NCBI GenBank assembly: GCA_041601615.1
Contig: JBFIHX010000002.1
Span: forward strand, 32,001-96,000
Length of the DNA stretch: 64,000 nucleotides
DNA from: Thermoplasmatota archaeon
GTDB taxonomy: Archaea > Thermoplasmatota > E2 > JACPAO01 > JAHFTW01
Reading direction: 5' to 3'
In this document: positions 16,915 to 26,314 of the stretch, in pieces
How the letters are laid out: every line of letters begins with the position of its first letter
How positions within the stretch are numbered: the first letter of the stretch is position 1
Notes under the pieces: model-generated
Told to the model about the DNA's origin: nothing
Seen by the model: the letters and a program-made list of their open reading frames with translations, nothing else
Databases searched by the model: none
Program-made: the position numbers and the translations under genes

Positions 16915-17247
16915 TCACGTCTGTGCTTGCCGGTCCAGAACCACTGACATCAGGATATCGGCGTAGTTTGGACTGTGTCGGGCGGCGGTGAGCAGCACAA
17001 CGTTGGCGCCCAATAGAGCGGCCAGCGCCGATGGGTCCGCATCTTCCAATTCCATGCGGTACCGTGCCTCGAAAGCATCCCAGCTCATGCCGGCATGGTA
17101 TGCCTTGCGCAATTCGTTGCTCGGGGCTAGGTCCTTGGCCCAGCCGTCCAAGTTTGCCGCCGCCTTGCTGACGCCACGAGGCCACAGCCGATCAACAAGG
17201 ATGCGGGTGCCGCCGGACGGCTCGTCGTAGATGCGGGCGATGCGCAC
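16915..17247 (-). CDS. DUF488 (YeaO-like) protein
   Basis: RIYDEP, RILVDRLWPRGVSK, LAPSNELRK. Confidence 0.9.
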   Translation of the reverse strand: MRIARIYDEPSGGTRILVDRLWPRGVSKAAANLDGWAKDLAPSNELRKAYHAGMSWDAFEARYRMELEDADPSALAALLGANVVLLTAARHSPNYADILMSVVLDRQAQT

Positions 17248-17287
17248 AATGGGCCATGCAGTGAGAGGTTTGTCAACGCTTCCCGGA

Positions 17288-18472
17288 TTAGGCGCTTGAT
17301 TTCATGTCCGACGCGACTTTTGCCCAGTACCATGCTCCCCAGAAAATCGGGATCAGCGTGATGGCTACCAGAATGACCATGACTTGCACGCCTCCCAGGC
17401 CCTCCCCGAACCAGCCCACGGCGGCGCACGCAAGCACACCGGCGCCGAGGCTCGATTCGGTGCGGAACCGGGCGCCTTGGAACATGGGTGAGTATTCGTG
17501 CACGCGGCTGAGGCCAATCATGCAAAGCAGGGCAACGCCGACGCTTCCTGCCAAGAGCATTCGTTGTTCCAGTCCCAGGACTTCTCCTTCATGGCCGACG
17601 ACGCTGAGCACTCCTGCGCCGGAGGCCGCGATGGCGCCGAGCAAGGGATAGTGCAGGAAACTTCGACCCATGGCGGCCCAAATCGAGGGCTTGAGGTGTT
17701 CGCGGGGAACCATGTCAAAGTACAGCCACCAGAGCTGGAACGCCAAAACCATCGCCAAGAATCCGGCCAGTTGTCCAAGCGCCGAGACATGGTGCAGGCC
17801 TGCCAGTCCATTGACGGTGCCCGCAACCGTTTCTCCGAGCACGATGATGGTAAACAGACCAAACCTCTCGATGAGGTGGCTGTGGCTGAAGCGGGGCAGC
17901 AGCGCTTGTCGTCGTCGAATCAAGACCGGTGTTGCCCAGTCGATGAGCAAACCGAGGGCCCAGAGCCACGGCCGCAAGGACTCTTCGAATGCGAAGGAGA
18001 CAATCCAGGGAAGTAGGCCCAGCGTGAATCCCGTGACATAGCCGTCCGTAACCGGGCGTGCCGCCGCGTCGTGTCGGCCGCCGCGCCACCACAGCATGAT
18101 GATCAGGAGGCGACCCACCGCGTAGCTAAGCGCGAATTGCAACGCTGTGTCACCAAAGGCGCCGTGCGCAAACACCGCCATCCCCACCACGGGAATCATT
18201 TGCAGGAACGTGAAGACGCGCTGGCTTACGTCCTCGGTTTCAAAGCGATCTGTGTAGAACGTGTTGCCGATCCACAACCACCAGACTGCCGCAAACAGGA
18301 GTGCAAACTGGCCTAGGTGTACAAGGTCGGGGTGGAGGGCCAATTCGTGGGCGATTTGTGCCACAGCCACCACGAAGATCAAGTCGTAGAACAGATCCAG
18401 AAATCCGACCTTACGTTCTTCGCCCTCGTCTTCGTCGCGGCGCAGTTGCGGTCGCGTCCACCAGCCCGTCAC
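17288..18472 (-). CDS. Low temperature requirement protein A family
   Basis: LDLFYDLIFV, HLIERFGLFTIIVLGE, LWWLYF; start inferred. Confidence 0.88.
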   Translation of the reverse strand: MTGWWTRPQLRRDEDEGEERKVGFLDLFYDLIFVVAVAQIAHELALHPDLVHLGQFALLFAAVWWLWIGNTFYTDRFETEDVSQRVFTFLQMIPVVGMAVFAHGAFGDTALQFALSYAVGRLLIIMLWWRGGRHDAAARPVTDGYVTGFTLGLLPWIVSFAFEESLRPWLWALGLLIDWATPVLIRRRQALLPRFSHSHLIERFGLFTIIVLGETVAGTVNGLAGLHHVSALGQLAGFLAMVLAFQLWWLYFDMVPREHLKPSIWAAMGRSFLHYPLLGAIAASGAGVLSVVGHEGEVLGLEQRMLLAGSVGVALLCMIGLSRVHEYSPMFQGARFRTESSLGAGVLACAAVGWFGEGLGGVQVMVILVAITLIPIFWGAWYWAKVASDMKSSA

Positions 18473-18569
18473 GACCAAGCACCGCCAGGTCCCTTGATAG
18501 CCGCCGCGACTCGGCACGACCCGCTGTTGCCATGCCAAGCGCCAAGAACGCCACTAGGGTCGCAGCCCT

Positions 18570-19010
18570 ATGAGCAACGCTTCTGCAACACGGACCATCA
18601 ATGCAAACAAGAAGGACATCTGGGCCAAGCTTGCAGACTTTGGCAACATCGGCGACTGGTCCAGTGGGGTTGTTTCCAGCAACTGGGAGAGCGACACCCG
18701 CCACGGCGTCGGCATGGAACGCCACTGCGACTTGGGCAAGGGCAAGTTCCTCAAGGAACGAGTCATCAAGTGCACCAACCAGTCCGAGATGGTCATCGAC
18801 TTCTTCGACCACAACATGCCGCTCAAGAGTGGGCAAGCGACCTTTTCGCTAGGCAAGAAGGAGAAGCAAGGCGTGCCGGTGACCTTCTCGGTGGACTACC
18901 AACTCAAATTCGGTCCCGTCGGGGCCCTGCTGGACAAGGTGATGGTGCGCAAGGAGTACAGCCGCGTCGCCAACCAAATGCTCACCGACCTGGAAGCAAG
19001 CCTCGCCTAA
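18570..19010 (+). CDS. SRPBCC (polyketide cyclase-like) protein
   Basis: IWAKLADFGNIGDW, GVGMERHC, FGPVGALLD. Confidence 0.85.
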   Translation: MSNASATRTINANKKDIWAKLADFGNIGDWSSGVVSSNWESDTRHGVGMERHCDLGKGKFLKERVIKCTNQSEMVIDFFDHNMPLKSGQATFSLGKKEKQGVPVTFSVDYQLKFGPVGALLDKVMVRKEYSRVANQMLTDLEASLA

Positions 19011-19075
19011 CGAGGTCGAGAAGGCAGCTCGGAAGCAGCGCCTTGCTCGCGCCTAGCCCGCCCGCACTTGCTTGT

Positions 19076-19732
19076 TCAAGAGAGGAACGTCAGGGTCCCA
19101 GAAACCGTAAACTGCTCGTCCACGCTGATGTAGCCAATCAGCGGATCCTGGTGAAGCAGAAGTGTAGGGTTGTAGACGTAGATGTGCACAAGGTTGTCCT
19201 CGTCCATGACGAGGTCTAGGTCTTGGAGACTGATCGTTAGGGGGCTTGTGCCTTCTTGGTTCTCGACGAAGGTCGAATTGGTGCCCATGCGCATCAGCCC
19301 GATGCCGAGTTGCTGCGTTACGGGGGACGAGGCTGTCCATTCCAAGGTGATTTCGGCACCTACGAGGGTCGCGCCGGGTTGCTCCAGCAACAAATCTCGA
19401 TTTCCTGCGATTGCATTGACGCCTGAACAGGAGTTGAGGGTGCCATCTTCGCAGACAATGGCCCGAGTCCCGAGGTTTCCCTCAAGACGAATGTCCACTT
19501 CTGCGAAGGTGGGCCCGGCTTCCGTCGTGTCGCCGTCGGTTGCGTTGGGGCTTGTGCTGGTTCGGGGGCTGCTGTTTGTGCCGGTATTGGGGCTGGTGCT
19601 GCCGCCGGAGTCCTGTGATTTCAGGTCAGTTGTGTCATCTTCCGGGGCAAACACTCCCGGTCCGCCGTCGTCGGTACATCCGGCCAAGGTCGTTATGGCC
19701 ACTAGCAGAATGATCAATGGCGTGATTCGCAT
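19076..19732 (-). CDS. Hypothetical lipoprotein
   Basis: LAGC lipobox, S/T-rich linker, beta-rich domain. Confidence 0.75.
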   Translation of the reverse strand: MRITPLIILLVAITTLAGCTDDGGPGVFAPEDDTTDLKSQDSGGSTSPNTGTNSSPRTSTSPNATDGDTTEAGPTFAEVDIRLEGNLGTRAIVCEDGTLNSCSGVNAIAGNRDLLLEQPGATLVGAEITLEWTASSPVTQQLGIGLMRMGTNSTFVENQEGTSPLTISLQDLDLVMDEDNLVHIYVYNPTLLLHQDPLIGYISVDEQFTVSGTLTFLS

Positions 19733-19805
19733 GGAACCACAGTTTGCAACTGTCTTGAAATGCTTTTGCGGCGGTTTGAACAACAGTTCGAGCAATCCGG
19801 AGTGT

Positions 19806-20189
19806 CTATCGACGTTCAATCCAGGCTTGAAGCCAATTTGGCCTTGACCACCAAGCTGTGAGTGCGGCAAGTCCCACCACGACCAAGGGCGGGACTGACA
19901 AACCGAATTCTCCATTTGCTAGGCGCGTGACGAATGCGGCCGCCATGACGCCGGTTACGAGTACTGCGCCATAGAACCGTGTCCAGGGTAGAATCATGGC
20001 GATGGCTCCGCCCAGTTCGAGTACACCTGTGACGGGGCTCATCCAGGCGGGGTAGCCCCATCTCAGGAATTCGTCGCGCCAAAAATCGGGGTGGATGAAT
20101 TTGTCCAGCCCACCGATTCCTGCAATGAGCGCCGCAAGCAACAGAACGCCCCATCGGCCGATGGCAGCGAGGTACTTGTTGTTGGCCAT
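19806..20189 (-). CDS. DoxX family membrane protein
   Basis: GLDKF, FLRWGYP, GVLELGGA. Confidence 0.85.
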   Translation of the reverse strand: MANNKYLAAIGRWGVLLLAALIAGIGGLDKFIHPDFWRDEFLRWGYPAWMSPVTGVLELGGAIAMILPWTRFYGAVLVTGVMAAAFVTRLANGEFGLSVPPLVVVGLAALTAWWSRPNWLQAWIERR

Positions 20190-20288
20190 GACGCCGCATC
20201 CGAGCCCCAAGGATTAGAGCAGTCGGTATGAATGCGCGGCGCCTGCCAACACCGTGCAAGCCATACGCCTGCGCCGACTTGCTGCATC

Positions 20289-20759
20289 GTGGTCCAGGTC
20301 CGGCTCGCGGCTCCGTCTGATGCACCAGCGCTCCATGATTTGATGTTGGCAGCGTTTGATTCGTTTCGGCCCTTGTACACGCCGGGTTGTTTCGACGCCA
20401 CGGTGCTGGACGCCACGCGCATCCGAAAACGCATGGCGGAGGGCCCAGTTTGGGTTGCCGAGACGGAAGACGGCGCATTCGTAGGCACTTTGGCAGTGGT
20501 GGAGGACGCACGCGGCGTGTACTTGCGCGGTATGGCGGTGCATCCAGACGCCCGACGTGGCGGCATCGGTCGGCACCTTCTGGAGGCGGCGGAAGCGTTT
20601 GGCCGGGACTGTGGAGCCGCGTGTTTGTGGTTGAGCACGACTCCGTTCCTGCTTGGTTCCATCGCGCTCTACGAACGGTTTGGCTTCGTGCATGGCGCCA
20701 AGGGGCCACCGGACTTGTTTGGCACTCCTTTGCTTTCGATGCAAAAGCGCCTCGCTTGA
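20289..20759 (+). CDS. GNAT acetyltransferase
   Basis: MAVHPDARRGGIGR, ALYERFGF. Confidence 0.88.
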   Translation: MVQVRLAAPSDAPALHDLMLAAFDSFRPLYTPGCFDATVLDATRIRKRMAEGPVWVAETEDGAFVGTLAVVEDARGVYLRGMAVHPDARRGGIGRHLLEAAEAFGRDCGAACLWLSTTPFLLGSIALYERFGFVHGAKGPPDLFGTPLLSMQKRLA

Positions 20760-20802
20760 AGACCCCCAAGCAATTTTGTGGCCAACATTTCATTGCCTAG
20801 CC

Positions 20803-21270
20803 ATGAACCGCGTCGTAGCCCTTCTTGGATTCCTCTTCGTTGTGGGGGCTGCCGCCATCTTCGGTTCCCTTGCGACGATTGATGCCGCGGACCAATACGC
20901 GCTCTTGGATCAACCATCCTGGGCGCCCCCGGGTTGGTTGTTTGGGCCCGTGTGGACGCTTCTCTACGCAGCCATCGCCGTAGCCGCCTGGCGCGTCCAT
21001 GGAATCGTTGGTTCCTTGCGGGCTCCTGAGATGGCGTGGTTCGGGGCACAACTGCTGTTCAATGCAGTTTGGTCGCCGTTGTTTTTTGCTTTCCAATTGC
21101 GCGGCTTTGCATTGGCCTGGATTATAGCGCTGGATGTCCTCGTCGCGGTGACTCTGTGGCGTTTCTGGCGCCAGGACCGTGTCGCGGGAATCTTGTTCGT
21201 GCCCTACCTAGCGTGGGTGCTGTTTGCCACGGGGCTCAATGCAGCAGTTTGGTGGCTGAACAGGGCTTAA
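20803..21270 (+). CDS. tspO: TspO/MBR tryptophan-rich sensory protein
   Basis: PSWAPPGWLFGPVWTLLY, NAVWSPLFF, PYLAWVLFATGLN. Confidence 0.93.
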   Translation: MNRVVALLGFLFVVGAAAIFGSLATIDAADQYALLDQPSWAPPGWLFGPVWTLLYAAIAVAAWRVHGIVGSLRAPEMAWFGAQLLFNAVWSPLFFAFQLRGFALAWIIALDVLVAVTLWRFWRQDRVAGILFVPYLAWVLFATGLNAAVWWLNRA

Positions 21271-21377
21271 TCCATTGCCTTGGGCATGCTGGCGGGAGTC
21301 GGACGCAGACATTCATGGCCATGGTAATCAAGGAGGCAAGCAAGTGAAAGAAGTGGAAGAGTGCCGCTTGCGTGGGG

Positions 21378-21662
21378 CTAGACAATGTGGATCTGCGGCT
21401 TTTCGAGCACGCGGATTTGGGGCTCGCCTTTGACGCCGCCCTCCTTCAGTGCCTGCTTGAGGTGCGGGTCGGCCATGAACTTCTCCAGGCTCTGAAGGTT
21501 GGTGAAGTCGCAGGTGACGCAGACATGGTTGGGCTGGGCTGCATCTTGGAAGACATGCTCGTTCTTGATGCCGTGTTTTTGGCGGGTGGCGGCGTCGCGT
21601 TCGTAGGCCTTCTTCCAGGTTGCAAAGTCGTTGACGTCGTGTTCGATGAGTACGCTGGTCAT
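21378..21662 (-). CDS. Dimeric alpha-beta barrel (ABM/cyclase-like) small protein
   Basis: HDVNDFATWKKAYE...LKEGGVKGEP; paralog at 27793. Confidence 0.75.
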   Translation of the reverse strand: MTSVLIEHDVNDFATWKKAYERDAATRQKHGIKNEHVFQDAAQPNHVCVTCDFTNLQSLEKFMADPHLKQALKEGGVKGEPQIRVLEKPQIHIV

Positions 21663-21734
21663 GTGGTATCCCTCCGGGGGATGGTGCCATGGCGACTCTG
21701 GGAACCACCTTTCCCAAAAATCAAGCGTTGTGCC

Positions 21735-22364
21735 CTACGGTTTCTTGCGCATTTGGACAATCCACCAACCATCTTCCCGAGCGACTTCGCAGCCACCAAA
21801 GGGGGACGCTTTCGCTCGTCGCACCACGTCCCGCTCCAAGGCACTCGTAGTGTAACCGTGCACTCGAAACACCTGCCGGACCCACCAAGTGAGGCCCCAG
21901 AAGGGGCGGCGACCGGTCCAGGCTTGCAACTCGTCTCGGGTCATGTCGCCGGCGCCTTCGATGATCCAGAGTGCACCGCCGGGTTGCAATACGCGATGGA
22001 TTTCGTCCAGGCCTCCGTCCGGGTCGATCCAGTGGTGGAAGGTCTCTGAAGCAAGAACCCAATCGCGGCTTGCTGCCGGGAGGTCCAGGTCGTGGCTGGC
22101 TCCGATTTGGTACTGCAGGTTGGGCGCTTGGTGTTTGGCGGTGGCCATGCGCACTTGACGAGGATCAAGGTCTACGCCGAGCACTTTCGCGTTCGGATGT
22201 GTCTTCGCGAGGGCGGCAGCTAGGTGTCCCGGGCCGCAACCTACGTCCAGAATTGCGTGTGCATCCGGCTGGCGCTCTGCGATCCTGGCGTAAAACCGCT
22301 GCAACCGCCGAGCCACCACATGGTCGTAGAATCGATGGCCGCCGAGCGGAATCGTCTGGCGCAC
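21735..22364 (-). CDS. Class I SAM-dependent methyltransferase
   Basis: ILDVGCGPG, GVDLD, FHHW, RVLQPGG; start inferred. Confidence 0.88.
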   Translation of the reverse strand: MRQTIPLGGHRFYDHVVARRLQRFYARIAERQPDAHAILDVGCGPGHLAAALAKTHPNAKVLGVDLDPRQVRMATAKHQAPNLQYQIGASHDLDLPAASRDWVLASETFHHWIDPDGGLDEIHRVLQPGGALWIIEGAGDMTRDELQAWTGRRPFWGLTWWVRQVFRVHGYTTSALERDVVRRAKASPFGGCEVAREDGWWIVQMRKKP

Positions 22365-22452
22365 AGGACCAGAAGGAGGCGCATGGCATTGACCGTATGG
22401 GACAAGAATGCTGGGCAGCACTCCAAACGTCGGGCCCAGCTGCGTGCTTTGT

Positions 22453-24126
22453 CTAGAGCGCGTCAATGCGGGCGTGCAGCTCCGCCAAGGTCCGAGCATC
22501 GAGTGGCTGCGGTGGGCGGGAAGCAGCAGCAGGTGCGGGCGCGGACACGGCGACGGGAGACCGGGAAGGAGCATTTCGACTCGCTTGCGCGGCGCCTGAT
22601 TCCGAATCCATCCGGCCCGTGGATTGGGCTTGATCGGCGCGTCGGGGCATCAACAGGAACACCAAGATAGCAGTGGCCAGCGCCACGGCGGCGCCCACAA
22701 GGTAGGCGACCTGTACGGCGTCTAGGAAGGCCGCTTGCGCAGAGGAGACGAGTACGGCCCCGTCGGCTCCGGCGTTGCGCCCGATCATCATGGCGTTGAT
22801 GATGGAGTCTTCCGGGTGGCGGCCGGCATCGAAGCTGAGGCTCTCGGGGATGCTGAGTTTGGCCTTGTAGACGGCGTTGAAGATGCTGCCAAGAATCGCG
22901 ATGCCGAAGGCTCCGCCCACTTCGCGGCTGGTGTCGTTCATGGCGCTGCCCACCCCGGCTTTGTGCGACGGGATGCTGTCCATGATGAGTGTCGTGCTGG
23001 GTGCCATGGCGAGACCCATTCCAAGACCAAGGCCAAGGAATCCGAGCGCCAGGGCCCAGTACGGCGTTGCCATGCCGACAAACGAGAGTCCGAAGAACGC
23101 GGCGGCCACCAATGCGATGCCCACGGTGACGGTGCGAGGGGTGCCGATGAGGCGCACAAGTTTGTCGCTTCGCGGGGCGGCCAAAATCAAGCCGGCGGCC
23201 AGCGGCAGCGTCCGGATTCCTGCTTCAAGGGGGCTGAAGCCACGCAGGAATTGGAGGTACTGCGTCATGACGAAGAAGAACGCGAACATGACGAAGAAGG
23301 ACAGCCCCAGTGCGAGGTTACCCATGGAAAATCCGCGGCTGGAAAAGAACCGCATCGGCAGCATGGGGTGCGGTGTGCGCAGCTCCCAGAACACGAAGGC
23401 GGGCCAGGTCACCGCGGCGACGGCAAAGCCCGTGATTACTTCGATGCTGCTCCAGCCCTTGCTGGGGCCTTCGATGATGGCAAAGAGCAGGCTGGCCAGC
23501 GCAACAATGGAAAGCAGACTGCCGACGGGATCCAGCCGCGTCTGGTGCGGGTCGCGGCTCGTGGGGATCAAAAACAATCCCGCGACCATGGCGATGACCA
23601 CCACGGGGACGTTGAGCCAGAAAATGCTGGGCCAATTGAACGATTCAAGCAACGCTCCTCCGACGACCGGGCCGATGGCGCCGCCGATGCCGGCAAACGC
23701 GGCCCAAATGCCCAACGCTTTGCCGCGCTCATCGGGAGCAAAGACGTGCGTGAGAATGGAAAGTGTTGCAGGCATGACAAGTGCTGCGCCCAGCCCCATG
23801 ACCGCGCGGGCGATGATCAGCGTCAGCACACTGTCTGCGAAGGTGGCCGCGACACTGCTGATTCCGACGATGGCGAGGCCAAGTTGGAGGGCGCCGCGAC
23901 GACCGAAGCGGTCTCCAAGTGCGCCCATGGTCAACAAGAGGCCTCCAAACACGAGTGCGTAGGCGTCGACGATCCATTGCAGGTCGCTGGTGCTGGCGCC
24001 AAGGGCTGGACCGAGCGTCGGGATGGCCACGTTCAGAACCGAGTTTCCAAGCACCACCATGATGAGGCTCAGGCAGAGCACGCCGAGGATGCTCCAGCGG
24101 CGGCGGTGGATGGTCTCTGGGTCCAT
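22453..24126 (-). CDS. MFS DHA2 (EmrB/QacA) efflux transporter
   Basis: WIVDAY, GALGDRFGRR, GPVVGG; about 14 TM. Confidence 0.93.
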   Translation of the reverse strand: MDPETIHRRRWSILGVLCLSLIMVVLGNSVLNVAIPTLGPALGASTSDLQWIVDAYALVFGGLLLTMGALGDRFGRRGALQLGLAIVGISSVAATFADSVLTLIIARAVMGLGAALVMPATLSILTHVFAPDERGKALGIWAAFAGIGGAIGPVVGGALLESFNWPSIFWLNVPVVVIAMVAGLFLIPTSRDPHQTRLDPVGSLLSIVALASLLFAIIEGPSKGWSSIEVITGFAVAAVTWPAFVFWELRTPHPMLPMRFFSSRGFSMGNLALGLSFFVMFAFFFVMTQYLQFLRGFSPLEAGIRTLPLAAGLILAAPRSDKLVRLIGTPRTVTVGIALVAAAFFGLSFVGMATPYWALALGFLGLGLGMGLAMAPSTTLIMDSIPSHKAGVGSAMNDTSREVGGAFGIAILGSIFNAVYKAKLSIPESLSFDAGRHPEDSIINAMMIGRNAGADGAVLVSSAQAAFLDAVQVAYLVGAAVALATAILVFLLMPRRADQAQSTGRMDSESGAAQASRNAPSRSPVAVSAPAPAAASRPPQPLDARTLAELHARIDAL

Positions 24127-24174
24127 GCCGCTGGCGAGTCGCGTCGCCTGAAAGGCTTGCTGTCGGTGGCCGGT

Positions 24175-24471
24175 TCAGGCGATGGCCGTGATCATGGGGG
24201 GCGGTGTGTAGGTTGGGGCGGGCACCATCCAGGGGTCTGGGTCGGCGGGCTTCTTTCCAGCCAAGCCGCCGCAGCACCTGGGCGCGTCGCGGACTGCGAG
24301 TTTTCTGCCTGCTTCTCGCTTGGCTACGAGCTTGGCTTGTCGGGCGGTGAATGGACCGTACCAGCGCGTGGTTTGGGTGCGGGGTTTTCGGTTCAGAACA
24401 CTGTGGCAATCGGAGCGGTGGATGGCGGGTCCTTCGGCGCCAAGCAGATCGACGTAGACGTGGTAGGTCAT
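24175..24471 (-). CDS. Hypothetical small His/Cys protein
   Basis: IHRSDC...WYGPF...RCC; fills the gap between co-oriented genes. Confidence 0.5.
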   Translation of the reverse strand: MTYHVYVDLLGAEGPAIHRSDCHSVLNRKPRTQTTRWYGPFTARQAKLVAKREAGRKLAVRDAPRCCGGLAGKKPADPDPWMVPAPTYTPPPMITAIA

Positions 24472-24539
24472 GGGTGTACATGCCGCCAGGTGCAGACAGG
24501 TTCTTGTGCAAGAGCCAGGGGGGAGCGAATCCACTGGAT

Positions 24540-25361
24540 TCAGGTCGCCCGCATCCACATAAGAAGCGCCTGGAGAGATTCCTGGAAATCCTCCGGCGCT
24601 CCGTGCCAAGGCGCGCCATGCCCGGGAAAAACGTACTGGACCGGCAGGCCCGCCAAGCGTTCCATGCTGCGCGTCTGTGTGGGCCAGTCAAACCAGCACG
24701 CGTTTCGAAATGCCGTGAGGGCCGCTCCCCGGCCGGCAAGGTGGTCCCCTGTGAACAACGTCGATCCAAATCGGTACACGACGCTGCCTCGGGAATGGCC
24801 GGGGACATGCAGCCAGTCCAGTCCCGCCACGCGCCCGCCCTCGCCGACGAGCAAGTGCTCTGCTTCGATGACTGCGTCGTCCGTGTGTATGCTGCGGGGT
24901 GCTCCAAAATGGTCGTGCCATTTCTGATGGGCCGCCACGTCGTCACGGTGCGTCAAAAGGATGTGTTGCAATCCGCCCAGTGCTTCGATTGCCTGCACGA
25001 GCGGGGCGGCAAAACGCGGCACATCCACCAATACGTTTCCCTCGTCGGTGCGGACCAAGTAGGAAGCGGCTCCGAAACTGTGCCGATCGTGGTAGCCGCA
25101 ATGCCAGACCTCCGGGGCCACGGGGCGCGGAAACTCCACGTGAGCCGCTGGCCCGCCGATGCTGCCGGTCGGACAAGCCACCAATGCCGCCGACGCGTCC
25201 GGATCACGCGCTGCTGGCTGGGCAAACACCGCGCTCTGGCCTCCGGCCTGTCGGAATACGCTCGGCGCCATCCACATGCACGTTCCGCAGTCGATACAGG
25301 TGTCGTCTACGAACCATGGGCCCTGGGTGTTCTCTGTCCGACGACGAGCGGGGTCGGCCAT
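24540..25361 (-). CDS. Ferredoxin-domain metallo-beta-lactamase fold protein
   Basis: CIDCGTC...CPTGSIG; THRDD, PGHS, FTGDH, PGHG. Confidence 0.9.
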   Translation of the reverse strand: MADPARRRTENTQGPWFVDDTCIDCGTCMWMAPSVFRQAGGQSAVFAQPAARDPDASAALVACPTGSIGGPAAHVEFPRPVAPEVWHCGYHDRHSFGAASYLVRTDEGNVLVDVPRFAAPLVQAIEALGGLQHILLTHRDDVAAHQKWHDHFGAPRSIHTDDAVIEAEHLLVGEGGRVAGLDWLHVPGHSRGSVVYRFGSTLFTGDHLAGRGAALTAFRNACWFDWPTQTRSMERLAGLPVQYVFPGHGAPWHGAPEDFQESLQALLMWMRAT

Positions 25362-25404
25362 GCAAGTGGATGGCGGTGCGGGCGCTTTTTGCTATGGGTG
25401 CGGG

Positions 25405-25548
25405 CTACTTCTTGCCGCTTGCCTTTCCTGCCTGCTTGGCGTTGTTGACCGCCGTGCTCTTGCTGGCGCCCTTGCCTTGGTGGTGGGCGGAGTGGGCGGG
25501 ATTCTTCTGGTTGGCTCGGTTGGTTTCGCTGCTGATTTTGGTCATCAT
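25405..25548 (-). CDS. Possible small basic protein (~47 aa)
   Basis: GGTGG SD then MMTKISSETNRANQKNPAHSAHHQGKG...KK. Confidence 0.4.
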   Translation of the reverse strand: MMTKISSETNRANQKNPAHSAHHQGKGASKSTAVNNAKQAGKASGKK

Positions 25549-25621
25549 TCCACCTTGGCGCTTGGCGCCGTCCGTCCATCGAATCGGCTTCATGGACGTT
25601 TAGGGCATGTTGTAGCGGGCC

Positions 25622-26272
25622 TTAGGAAAGTGCAGATTCCAAGAACCGATTGTAGTCCAGCACCGGCCGCACCGCCGCCTGGAACGCCTTGAGTAGGTTG
25701 CCGGTCACAGCCTCGGCTGCCAACTCCACGTGCCCGAGGTAGTTTTTGAGCCGCAGCGCCTCCACCAGCGGGTGGTTTTTGCCGTAGCCTCGCGGCGCAG
25801 ACTTGAGCCGTTCGCCGTCGAGCCGGACGCCCGAGGAGGCGCGGCTCCAGCCGTCGGGATCGGCGACGATGGCGTCTCGGATGCGGTTCAAGACGGGCGT
25901 CGGGGCGGACCAAATGCCGCCGCCAATGCCCGCTCCTTCTGGATCAAATCGAATGCCGAGCCCGGGCATGGGGTGGTCGGGGGTTGCGTCGCGGTGTTGA
26001 AAATGCACGAGGACGTGGTCGTTGTACGGAGTTTTGTCGGCGCTGAATCGAACATCGCGGTGGATTTTGCCGAGGCTTCCTCCGACGTTCTTGGCCACCG
26101 CCTTGTAGGGGAGGTTTTCGGCGTCAAACCAGTCGCCCACGTCGGTGATGAACTGCAGCGCGGGGTCGCGCACGAAGGTTTCGTAGGCTTCCTTGTGCTC
26201 TTGAAACCAGGCGCGGTCGTTGTTGTGCGCGAGGGCCTCCAGAAACCCAAGGGTGTCGTTCGAGAAGTACAC
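25622..26272 (-). CDS. DUF2461 family protein
   Basis: FLEALAHNNDRAWF, IHRDVRFSADKTPY, LKSAPRGY. Confidence 0.9.
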   Translation of the reverse strand: MYFSNDTLGFLEALAHNNDRAWFQEHKEAYETFVRDPALQFITDVGDWFDAENLPYKAVAKNVGGSLGKIHRDVRFSADKTPYNDHVLVHFQHRDATPDHPMPGLGIRFDPEGAGIGGGIWSAPTPVLNRIRDAIVADPDGWSRASSGVRLDGERLKSAPRGYGKNHPLVEALRLKNYLGHVELAAEAVTGNLLKAFQAAVRPVLDYNRFLESALS

Positions 26273-26314
26273 GAGGCGGCAAGGGCCGGGGGGTTTTCAG
26301 CGCGACGGGGGGGG

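Noticed and set aside
22735-24927. 730-aa plus-strand ORF (also 553..1929, 8512..9804 and similar)
   Set aside because: Antisense shadows of well-supported genes (MFS, etfA, binding protein).
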